Below are positions 37,478 through 45,659 of a stretch of 64,000 nt of DNA, in pieces. Where the stretch lies: positions 1,408,001 to 1,472,000 of the forward strand of contig OZ252299.1 of the NCBI GenBank assembly GCA_965250285.1, given 5' to 3'. A model generated the notes under the pieces. That model was not told where the DNA came from and made no database searches. It saw only the letters and a program-made list of their open reading frames with translations. Position 1 is the first letter of the stretch; every line of letters starts with the position of its first letter. The stretch is from Myxococcota bacterium (GTDB lineage: Bacteria; Myxococcota_A; UBA9160; UBA4427). Made by a program: the position numbers and the translations under genes.

Positions 37478-37503
37478 CTGCGGCGCCAGCCCGGCTGCAC
37501 GAC

Positions 37504-37947
37504 GTGCCCGCCCTCCGCATCGAGGCCTTCGCGCGCGAAGACCAGGCGGCGGCGCGCGCGCTCGTGTTGCAGGGCCTCGGCGAGCACTGGGGGCAGATCG
37601 ACGAGAGGCTGAACCCCGATCTCGACGACATCTCGGCGAGCTATGCCGACGGATGCTTCGTGGTCGCCCGCTGCGGTGACGCGCTCATCGGGACCGGCGG
37701 ATTCCGGCCGCACGACGCGAGCAGCGTACAGATCCACCGCGTGTCGGTGGCGGCGGCCCGCCGTGGGGAGGGGATCGGCGAAGCGATCGTGCGGCGTCTA
37801 CTCGACGAGGCGCGTCGTCTGGGCTTCGAACGCGCGGTCCTCGAGACGACGGCCAGCTGGCGTGGCGTCGTCGCCTTCTGGAAGACCCTCGGTTTCGTGC
37901 CGACCCACGTCGTTGGCGGCGATCAATACTTCGAGCTTCGGCTCTGA
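37504..37947 (+). CDS. GNAT acetyltransferase
   Basis: V...RRGEGIG acetyl-CoA motif; LETT...FWKTLGF. Confidence 0.85.
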   Translation: MPALRIEAFAREDQAAARALVLQGLGEHWGQIDERLNPDLDDISASYADGCFVVARCGDALIGTGGFRPHDASSVQIHRVSVAAARRGEGIGEAIVRRLLDEARRLGFERAVLETTASWRGVVAFWKTLGFVPTHVVGGDQYFELRL

Positions 37948-37948
37948 T

Positions 37949-39350
37949 CTAGGTCGGCGTCGACTCGTCCTGCGCACTCGCTCGAAGGTCGAGCGCGGCC
38001 TGGATGCGCTGGTGCTCGGCTTCGTCGAGCGAGAAGCGCGCGAAGAGCAGGGCGCCGATCCCGTAGCAGACGAACGGGAACAGCGAATAGAGGCCGAGGA
38101 TCGAGCTGCGCGCGAGCGGCGTCTGCTCGACGTTGGGCGTGAAGCCGGACCACTCGAGCACCAGACCCGTCAGCATGAGCGTGACGCCGGTCGCGCTCTT
38201 GAACGTGAAGTTCCAGGCAGCGAAGTACGAGCCTTCCTTGCGCTGCCCGGTCTCGAACTCGTCGTAGTCGATGATGTCCGACTGGATCGACGGACTCATG
38301 ATCGACCCGCAGCCGTTTGCGGTGCCCGCGATCGCGGCGAGTACGCTGATCAGCACGATCGCGCCCTCGCTGATGAAGAACATGCCGCCGAACGCCAGCC
38401 CGGTCACGACCATCGAAGCCAGCCAGAGGTTCTTCTTGCCGAACCGGCGCGCGAGCGGCGGCCAGATCGGCGTCGAGAGGACGTTGGGCGCCATGTAGAA
38501 CGCGATGAACACGGCGGTCAGGTCGGGGCGGCCGACGATGTACTCGGCCACGTAGGGTGTCAGGATCGCGATGGTCGCGCCGCCCAGGCTCTCGATCAGG
38601 AACACCGCCAGTAGGAGCCGCGCGTGCCGATTGCGCCAGACGTCGCCGTAGGCCGAGAGCGGGTTCGAAGCCCCGCGCCCCTGGTACTCGGATCGCTCAC
38701 GAAGCCGCACGACTGCCCAGAGGATCAGCAGCCCGGTGCAGGCCGCGACGGCGATCGCCATCGTGTGCGCTGCGGCGCGCGGCGATGCGGCGTTGATCAT
38801 CAGCTGCATCAACACGACGGCGACGATCGAACCCAGGCTCCAGATGATGTGGCGCCAGGCGAAGACCCGGGAGCGCCCGTGGTAGTCGCTCGTCAGCTCG
38901 GCGCCGAGCGACTGGTGCGGGACGATGAAGACCGTCATCGCGGTGTAGAACCCGATCACGGCCACCGCCATCCAGAGGGTCGTCGCCGACGCCGAGAGAT
39001 CCGACGGCGGGCTCCACATCAAGAAGAACGCGAGCGCGACGAGCGGCGCCGCGGCGAGCAGCCACGGTCGACGTCGGCCGAGGGGGGACGTCGTCCGGTC
39101 GCTCAAGAAGCCCGCCACGGGGTCGGAGATCGCATCCCAGACGCGCGAAATGAAGAAGATCGTCCCCATCGCCGCCGGTGACAGAAGCAGCGCGTCGGTC
39201 GCGAACTTCATCATGTACAGCGACACGAGCAGGAACATCAGCCCGACGCCAAAGGTCGGCATCGCGTACGCGACGACCGTGCCGAGCCCGACGTCGCCGC
39301 CGGAGCGGGCGTTCGAGGGGGGCAGGTCGGTCGTGGGCGCAGTGGCGATA
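37949..39350 (-). CDS. MFS glycoside-pentoside-hexuronide family transporter (start uncertain)
   Basis: WDAISDPVAGFLSDRT..GRRRPW, DYDE..TGQRKEG motifs; ~12 TM. Confidence 0.9.
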
Positions 39351-39378
39351 AGGTCGGGTCCTGGGCGGGCGGGTCGGG

Positions 39379-40440
39379 CTACGAGGCCGTGGCGGGCGCG
39401 TGATCGGCGATCTGCTCGAAGAGTCTGCGTTCGATGCCGGCCACGCGGCTCGCGATCTTCGAAGCCCGGTCCCAGACGCCGTCGGGCGCGCCCTCTTCGC
39501 TCACCTGGGCGAGCTCGGCCGAGATCGCGGTCCAGCCGTCGGCTGCCTCCCAGGCGAGCCCCGGGGCCGTCTCGGGCACGAGCTTCTCGTCGAGTGCGCG
39601 CGCCCACTCGAGGAAGCCCGCGTAGAGCCGCCTGAAGTTGCCGCCGCCGTTGCCAAACTTCTCGATCGCGCGGGCGTTGAAGCTGGCGAGCCAGGCGGAC
39701 TTCGGGTGGTCACCCCAGCCCGGCAGGTCTTCGGCGAACGCGACGATGGCTTCGATGCCGCCGTGAACGCCAGGCGCGTTCGCAAAGGACGGCTTGTCGT
39801 CGGGGCCGGGCGGCGGCTCGGCCGGTGCCAGGCCGAGCATCTGCTCCGCACACATCGAGAGCGCCCGCGCCGCCGACTCGGGCAGGTCGTAGCCGAGCTC
39901 GGTGCCGTGAAAGCGACCCCAGAGGTTGTACGTCGACATGCCCTCCGGCGGGTTGCGACTCGTGCGCAGGGCGCCATACGAGCAGGCCTCGGGCACGTCC
40001 CGGATGCGGTCGGCGATGAAGGCCTTCTCGGTCTCGTCGTCGAAGCCGAGCAGCACGAAGCGGTGCGACGGAAAGTGCACCTTGTACTCGCGGTAATCGA
40101 GGTAGAGGATGTCGCCGGTCAGCATGGTCGGCCGGCCTGCGAGCACCTCGTCGCGCGCGATCTGCCATGCGTCGTCGTCGTCGTCGACCGTCGCCTCACG
40201 GTAGTCGAGGCCGAGGTTGCGACCGAGGTCGACCTCGAGGGTGGCGGTGCGGCCGAAGATCGCCTTGGGCGGATCCATGAAATCGGAGTCGATGAACATC
40301 GCGCCGAGACCGGCGCCCAGACCGAAGACGGCCGGCTCGGGCAGCTCGAGGCCGCAGTAGTGCTCGAGCAGGCCGCGCATCGAGGCGCTGCCACAGTGCT
40401 CGCCCGGGTAGATCCGGTAGCCCTCGATCATGTGTCGCAT
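39379..40440 (-). CDS. BtrH-like / DUF4872 papain-fold protein
   Basis: GEHC.S...LL...FGLG.GL, D..YLDY.....HF..H..V..GFD, GGGNFR.LYA.FL. Confidence 0.8.
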   Translation of the reverse strand: MRHMIEGYRIYPGEHCGSASMRGLLEHYCGLELPEPAVFGLGAGLGAMFIDSDFMDPPKAIFGRTATLEVDLGRNLGLDYREATVDDDDDAWQIARDEVLAGRPTMLTGDILYLDYREYKVHFPSHRFVLLGFDDETEKAFIADRIRDVPEACSYGALRTSRNPPEGMSTYNLWGRFHGTELGYDLPESAARALSMCAEQMLGLAPAEPPPGPDDKPSFANAPGVHGGIEAIVAFAEDLPGWGDHPKSAWLASFNARAIEKFGNGGGNFRRLYAGFLEWARALDEKLVPETAPGLAWEAADGWTAISAELAQVSEEGAPDGVWDRASKIASRVAGIERRLFEQIADHAPATAS

Positions 40441-40526
40441 GCGGGTGCCTCCGGTCTCGCTCGTCGGTCGTGGGATGCGGTGCCCGACAGGGCATCCGAG
40501 CTCAGGCCCGTCGCGGGTTCCGAACA

Positions 40527-41012
40527 CTACCCCCGCGGTCGCGGGGGCGCATCCGCCGGCAACGCTTCCGGTGCGAGCTCGAGTCGCATCCGGCGATGCT
40601 CGATTCCGGCCTCGAGATAGACCGGTCCCTCCGCGACGTAGCCGATGGCCTCGTAGAAGGGCAGCGCCTGGAGCTGTGCCGAGATTTCGATACGCGGGTG
40701 TCCCCGCTCGCGCGCCGCGTCGGTGAGAAACTGCATCAGCGCCGACCCCACACCGCGGCGCCGCCAGTCGGCGTGCACCGCGACGCGGCCGATATGGCCC
40801 TCCGCGTCGAGGCGAGCGGTGCCGACCGGGGTGTCGTCCGGGTCGAGTGCGATGGCGTGCGTGCAGTCCGGGTCAGCGTCGTCCTCCTCGATCTCGGGCG
40901 GGACGTTCTGCTCGTCGACGAAGACGGGCACGCGCACCGAGAGCAGGGCGCGGCGGTCACGTGACCAGTCGGCGAGGCGCACTCGAAACGGCGGGGTCTC
41001 TTCGGCGTGCAT
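40527..41012 (-). CDS. GNAT acetyltransferase (ElaA-like)
   Basis: VR..VFVDEQ, IGRVAV...RRRGVG, AQ..A..FY...GY, EAGIEH..M. Confidence 0.92.
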   Translation of the reverse strand: MHAEETPPFRVRLADWSRDRRALLSVRVPVFVDEQNVPPEIEEDDADPDCTHAIALDPDDTPVGTARLDAEGHIGRVAVHADWRRRGVGSALMQFLTDAARERGHPRIEISAQLQALPFYEAIGYVAEGPVYLEAGIEHRRMRLELAPEALPADAPPRPRG

Positions 41013-41046
41013 CGGACTCCCTCTCGCGTGGAGTGCCATGCTGCCG

Positions 41047-41086
41047 AAGAAGAACAAGGGCCGCCCGGCTGCGGCCGGACGGCCCC
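41047..41086 (-). terminator. Rho-independent terminator of paralogue 1
   Basis: gggccgtccggc-cgca-gccgggcggccc hairpin + ttgttcttctt on - strand. Confidence 0.75.
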
Positions 41087-41114
41087 GTCACACGCCACGC
41101 GATCGCCTCAGGCG

Positions 41115-42134
41115 TCAGTCGCGGCGTCGCAGCGCCGAGTACCCCATGAAGGCCAAGCTGCCGCCGAGGGCACCGAGCGCGGCCAGCGGGGCGAGCGGCA
41201 CCTTGAATGCGCCGTCGGTCCAGCTCGTCGAGCCGACCAGGTTGCCGCGGATCGCGTCGCCGAAGATCAGGTTGCTGAAGATCTGGTAGTCGCCGATCGC
41301 GGACGAGGCGGGCACGGCAACGCGATTGCCGTCCGAGCTGAAGTGGAAGAGGGGGACGGGCAAGGGATTGATGAAGGCCTGCAGGCCGCTGCCCCCCGTG
41401 CCGCCCCGTTCGGCCGGCGTCCAGGCTTCTTCGAGGTAGCCGAGGACGCGTGTGCAGTAGGGATCCTCGCCCGGCAGACCGCCCTCGAGGAGCTGGTCTT
41501 CCTGGGTCGTGCACGAGCCGCCGTTCAGCGCCGGGTCGCACCAGGCGTCGCAGTACGTGCCCTGACCGGGCTCGACCACGCCCGGAAAGAACTCGCCACC
41601 GTAGGGATCGTTGTTCAGATTCGGGAACTGAACGGCGTAGCCATTCTTGAACACCGTCTCGTCGGGCGTGATGCTGAGTGCGACGACCGGGAGACCCGAG
41701 AGGACGGCCTCGTTGTACGTGTCGGACTGAATCAAGACGCGGCAGCCGGCGATCGGGTCGAACGTGCCGTTGGTGGCGGCATTCGACGTCGTCGCGCACG
41801 AGAACTCCTGGCTGAGCAGGCTGTGCGTGATCGAGACCTTGAGGACGGGCAGGTCGGTGCCGAAGTTGCCGCCGGGATCGGGATCGATCACGAGTTCGGA
41901 GTCGGGCCCCTCCCACGGCGACGTGCCGATCTCGCAGCCGGTCTTCGGGTCCTGGTCTCCTACCGGCGTGGGCGGCGTGACCGGGTAGAACACGGAGCAG
42001 TTGTTGAAGACGGCGCTCGGCGACGTGATCACCAGGATCGACCCGCCGTTGTTGTAGGTGCGATCGGCTGCCAGCGTCGGTCCCGCCGCGAGGCTGGCGG
42101 CGATCAAGAGCAGCAGTGAGAGTCGAAGCTTCAT
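41115..42134 (-). CDS. Secreted Cys-rich surface protein with VP-TM-RRR sorting tail, paralogue 1
   Basis: Signal peptide (TLA|AD); 8 Cys; C-terminus KVPLAPLAALGALGGSLAFMGYSALRRRD; AGGAG RBS. Confidence 0.9.
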   Translation of the reverse strand: MKLRLSLLLLIAASLAAGPTLAADRTYNNGGSILVITSPSAVFNNCSVFYPVTPPTPVGDQDPKTGCEIGTSPWEGPDSELVIDPDPGGNFGTDLPVLKVSITHSLLSQEFSCATTSNAATNGTFDPIAGCRVLIQSDTYNEAVLSGLPVVALSITPDETVFKNGYAVQFPNLNNDPYGGEFFPGVVEPGQGTYCDAWCDPALNGGSCTTQEDQLLEGGLPGEDPYCTRVLGYLEEAWTPAERGGTGGSGLQAFINPLPVPLFHFSSDGNRVAVPASSAIGDYQIFSNLIFGDAIRGNLVGSTSWTDGAFKVPLAPLAALGALGGSLAFMGYSALRRRD

Positions 42135-42262
42135 CGAGAGGGTCTCCTGTCTCGAGATTCGGTTGCTTGGTCTTCCCCGTTTCGCTCGTCGTGACAGCGC
42201 TTTGCGACACGGCCCGGGCGCGCTGAACCGGCGCGTCCGAACGCTGAACAGCTCACGTGAAG

Positions 42263-42278
42263 AGCAAGCGCCGTGCCA
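42263..42278 (-). promoter_or_regulatory. Sigma-54 (-24/-12) promoter of paralogue 1
   Basis: TGGCAC-GGCGC-TTGCT on - strand. Confidence 0.88.
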
Positions 42279-42454
42279 CGCGTGCGAGGTGAAGCGCACC
42301 GATTTAACGAGGCGGGGCGGGGACTTGGGGGCACCCAGGCGTTGGGCGATGTTTCAATCGCGAGGCATTTTGTCACAGCGGATGTGCGGGAGACCTCCCG
42401 CAGCAGCCCGCTGGCGGCGCCAAACACACGAATTTTCAAGAGTTTCTCAGACTC

Positions 42455-42486
42455 GGGGCAATCTGCTCCATGGGGCAGGATGCTCC
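42455..42486. promoter_or_regulatory. Two tandem palindromic boxes GGGGCA-N3-TGCTCC (candidate enhancer)
   Basis: ggggcaatctgctcc at 42455 and ggggcaggatgctcc at 42472; related boxes upstream of paralogues 2 and 3. Confidence 0.6.
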
Positions 42487-42596
42487 GCGGTGTCGGTGCC
42501 CCACCCGGATCGCCGCGGCCACCTCGAGTGGGCTGTTGGCGCGGCCCTGAGTCGATCGGTTCGAAGCGTGCTCAGGCGCGAGCGTCGCCCGGGCCC

Positions 42597-42634
42597 AAAG
42601 AGAAAGGGCCGCCCAGCGCATGCTGGACGGCCCT
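42597..42634 (-). terminator. Rho-independent terminator of paralogue 2
   Basis: agggccgtccagc-atgc-gctgggcggccct + ttctcttt. Confidence 0.8.
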
Positions 42635-42661
42635 GTCTTGGAGCTTGTTGCGTCTCTGGAT

Positions 42662-43681
42662 CTACTCGCGGCGTCGCAGCACCGAGAAGCCCATGAACGC
42701 GAGGCTGCCGCCGAGGGCACCGAAGGCCGCGAGCGGGGCCAGCGGCACCTTGAAGGCGCCGTCGGTCCAGACCGTGGTCCCGATCAGGTTGCCGCGGATG
42801 GCGTCGCCGAAGATCAGGTTGCTGAAGATCTGGTAGTCGCCAATGGCGCTCGAAGCCGGCACCGCGATGCGGTTGCCGTCCGAGCTGAAGTGCCAGACCG
42901 GGACAGGCAGCGGGTTGATGAAGGCCTGAAGGCCATCACCACCGGTGCCGCCCCGCTCAGCCGGGGTCCACGCCTCTTCGAGGTAGCCGAGGACGCGCGT
43001 GCAGTAGGGCAGCTCGCCGGGCAGGCCACCTTCGAGCAGCTGGTCTTCCTGGGCCGTGCACGAGCCACCGTTGGCGGCCGGGTCGCACCAGGCGTCGCAG
43101 AACGTGCCCTGGCCGGGCTCGATGACGCCGGGGAAGAACTCACCGCCGTAGGGGTCGTTGTTCAGGTTCGGGAACTGAACCGCGTAGCCGTTCTTGAACA
43201 CCGAGCTGTCGGGCGTGATGCTGGTCGCGGCGACCGGCAGGCCGGTGAGCACGGCGTCGTTGAAGGTGTCGGCCTCGATGAACACGCGGCAGCCGGGGAC
43301 CGGATCGAAGGTGCCGTTGGTGGCCGCATTCGAGGTCGTGGCGCAGGAGAACTCCTGCGTCAGGTTGCTGTTCGTGACCGAGGTCGTGATGATCGGCAGA
43401 TCGGTGCCGAAGTTGCCGCCCGGATCGGGGTCGACGACGAGCTGCGAGCCCGAGCCTTCCCAGGGCGAGATGCCGATTTCACAGCCGGTCTTCGGATCCT
43501 GCTCGCCGACCGGGGTGGGCGGCGTGACGGGGTAGAAGACCGAGCAGTTGCCGAACTGGGCGCTCGGCGAAGTGATGACCAGAACCTGGCCGCCGTTGGT
43601 GTAGTCACGATTCGCGGCGAAGGCCGGCATCGCGATCAGGCTGCTCAGGGCGACGAGCAGCAGCGCATTACGAAACTTCAT
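42662..43681 (-). CDS. Secreted Cys-rich surface protein with VP-TM-RRR sorting tail, paralogue 2
   Basis: Signal peptide (AFA|AN); near-identical to paralogues 1 and 3. Confidence 0.9.
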   Translation of the reverse strand: MKFRNALLLVALSSLIAMPAFAANRDYTNGGQVLVITSPSAQFGNCSVFYPVTPPTPVGEQDPKTGCEIGISPWEGSGSQLVVDPDPGGNFGTDLPIITTSVTNSNLTQEFSCATTSNAATNGTFDPVPGCRVFIEADTFNDAVLTGLPVAATSITPDSSVFKNGYAVQFPNLNNDPYGGEFFPGVIEPGQGTFCDAWCDPAANGGSCTAQEDQLLEGGLPGELPYCTRVLGYLEEAWTPAERGGTGGDGLQAFINPLPVPVWHFSSDGNRIAVPASSAIGDYQIFSNLIFGDAIRGNLIGTTVWTDGAFKVPLAPLAAFGALGGSLAFMGFSVLRRRE

Positions 43682-43790
43682 TGAGTGTTTCTTCTCCATC
43701 GGTTTCCATCATCGGGCAACGCCCGCTCTGCCGAGCCGACGCGTGCAACGCACTCGCAGGGTCGCGAGGTGTCGCGATGGCCTCGCTAGG

Positions 43791-43806
43791 AGCAAGACGC
43801 GTGCCA
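43791..43806 (-). promoter_or_regulatory. Sigma-54 promoter of paralogue 2
   Basis: TGGCAC-GCGTC-TTGCT on - strand. Confidence 0.88.
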
Positions 43807-44031
43807 CATGTTGCGATTGTGTCGCGCCCTGAAAACGCAATGAAATCGGCTATTTGGGTCCTTCTGTGACAAGTTCGGGGCGATGCCTCTACGGAGCATA
43901 ATGCCCCGGATTCACCGTTCGCATCCCATCTGCTCGTACGCAGGCGGGGAGAAAATCCAGCAAAAACAAGCACTTGGCGATTTCGGGTGAATTCGCCCCA
44001 GTGCGGCATTCTGCGCCGTGCCCGGTGGCCC

Positions 44032-44069
44032 AAACAGAGAGGGCCGCCCAGCGCATGCTGGACGGCCCT
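44032..44069 (-). terminator. Rho-independent terminator of paralogue 3
   Basis: Hairpin identical to 42605-42634, followed by ctctgttt. Confidence 0.75.
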
Positions 44070-44096
44070 GTCTTGGAGCTTGTTGCGTCTCTGGAT

Positions 44097-45116
44097 CTAC
44101 TCGCGGCGTCGCAGCACCGAGTAGCCCATGAACGCGAGGCTGCCGCCAAGGGCACCGAAGGCCGCGAGCGGGGCCAGCGGCACCTTGAAGGCGCCGTCGG
44201 TCCAGACCGTGGTCCCGGTCAGGTTGCCGCGGATGGCGTCGCCGAAGATCAGGTTGCTGAAGATCTGGTAGTCGCCGATGGCAGTCGAAGCCGGCACCGC
44301 GATGCGGTTGCCGTCCGAGCTGAAGTGCCAGACCGGGACGGGCAGCGGGTTGATGAAGGCCTGGAGGCCATCACCACCGGTGCCGCCGCGCTCGGCCGGC
44401 TGAAACTGCTCCTCGAGGTAGCCGAGGACGCGCGTGCAGTAGGGCAGCTCGCCGGGGAGGCCACCTTCGAGCAGCTGGTCTTCCTGGGCCGTGCACGAGC
44501 CACCGTTGGCCGCCGGGTCGCACCAGGCATCACAGAAGACGCCCTGACCCTGCTCGACGACGCCCGGGAAGAACTCACCGCCGTAGGGGTCGTTGTTCAG
44601 GTTCGGGAACTGAACGGCGTAGCCATCCTTGAAGACCGTGTCGTCGGGCGTGATGCTGGTCGCGGCGACCGGCAGGCCCGTGAGGACGGCGTCATTGAAG
44701 GTATCGGCCTCGATGAACACGCGGCAGCCGGGGACCGGATCGAAGGTGCCGTTGGTGGCCGCATTCGAGGTCGTGGCGCAGGAGAACTCCTGCGTCAGAT
44801 TGCTCTGCGTGACCGAGGTCGTGATGATCGGCAGATCGGTGCCGAAGCTGCCGCCCGGATCGGGGTCGACGACGAGCTGTGAGCCCGAGCCTTCCCAGGG
44901 CGAGATGCCGACTTCGCAGCCGCTCTTCGGATCCTGCGCACCGACCGGGGTGGGCGGCGTGACCGGGTAGAAGACCGAGCAGTTGTTGAACTGGGCACTC
45001 GGCGACGTGATGATGAGGATCTGGCCCCCATTGGTGTAGTTGCGATTCGCGGCAAAGGCCGGCATCGCGATCAGGCTGCTCATGACCAGGAGCAGCAGCG
45101 TGAATCGAAGCTTCAT
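44097..45116 (-). CDS. Secreted Cys-rich surface protein with VP-TM-RRR sorting tail, paralogue 3
   Basis: AAGGA RBS; signal peptide; near-identical to paralogues 1 and 2. Confidence 0.9.
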   Translation of the reverse strand: MKLRFTLLLLVMSSLIAMPAFAANRNYTNGGQILIITSPSAQFNNCSVFYPVTPPTPVGAQDPKSGCEVGISPWEGSGSQLVVDPDPGGSFGTDLPIITTSVTQSNLTQEFSCATTSNAATNGTFDPVPGCRVFIEADTFNDAVLTGLPVAATSITPDDTVFKDGYAVQFPNLNNDPYGGEFFPGVVEQGQGVFCDAWCDPAANGGSCTAQEDQLLEGGLPGELPYCTRVLGYLEEQFQPAERGGTGGDGLQAFINPLPVPVWHFSSDGNRIAVPASTAIGDYQIFSNLIFGDAIRGNLTGTTVWTDGAFKVPLAPLAAFGALGGSLAFMGYSVLRRRE

Positions 45117-45246
45117 GGCGCGTTCCTTCTCCTGTGGTTCTGGTTCGATGTGGACCCGAATCGGTCCGGTGTCTGGCGGACCCATCCGGGTCCCTGTCCG
45201 ACGCCACCACGCTGACCCGGCGGGTGGCTCCGTGGTGACACAGAAT

Positions 45247-45262
45247 AGCAAGGGCTGTGCCA
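45247..45262 (-). promoter_or_regulatory. Sigma-54 promoter of paralogue 3
   Basis: TGGCAC-AGCCC-TTGCT on - strand. Confidence 0.88.
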
Positions 45263-45659
45263 GTCGGGCAGGCGCTATGCGACGCTAAAACATAAGCATT
45301 TTCAAGCACTTGGATTCTTGTGGGGAATCTGCTGCAGAAACCGAAGCCCGGCGCAAACTGCCGCGGTCCGTCCGACGTGCAGCGTTCCGCTGCAGGGGCG
45401 CCTCAGAAACCTGAACAAGTTCGATGACTTGCGCAGTAATCGGCTCAATTCACAAGGACGGTGCAGAATCCGCCGCTCGGCGAATCCCGCCCCGGCAATG
45501 CGCGCGCACACTGCGCCGTGTCGAGCGGTCTCGAGGCATGGCCGGACCCCGGCGCAGCACGTGGTGCGCAGCGCGGGTGGGCATGAGTCGGGCGGGAGGC
45601 GCGCTTCGCCATCGCGCGCAGGGCCGACCGGCCGGCGCGACGACCTCGCGCGGCGAGGA

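Noticed and set aside
41115..45116. Diversity-generating retroelement (TR/VR) explanation for the near-identical copies
   Set aside because: No reverse transcriptase; differences are not adenine-specific; all copies are full genes with their own promoters
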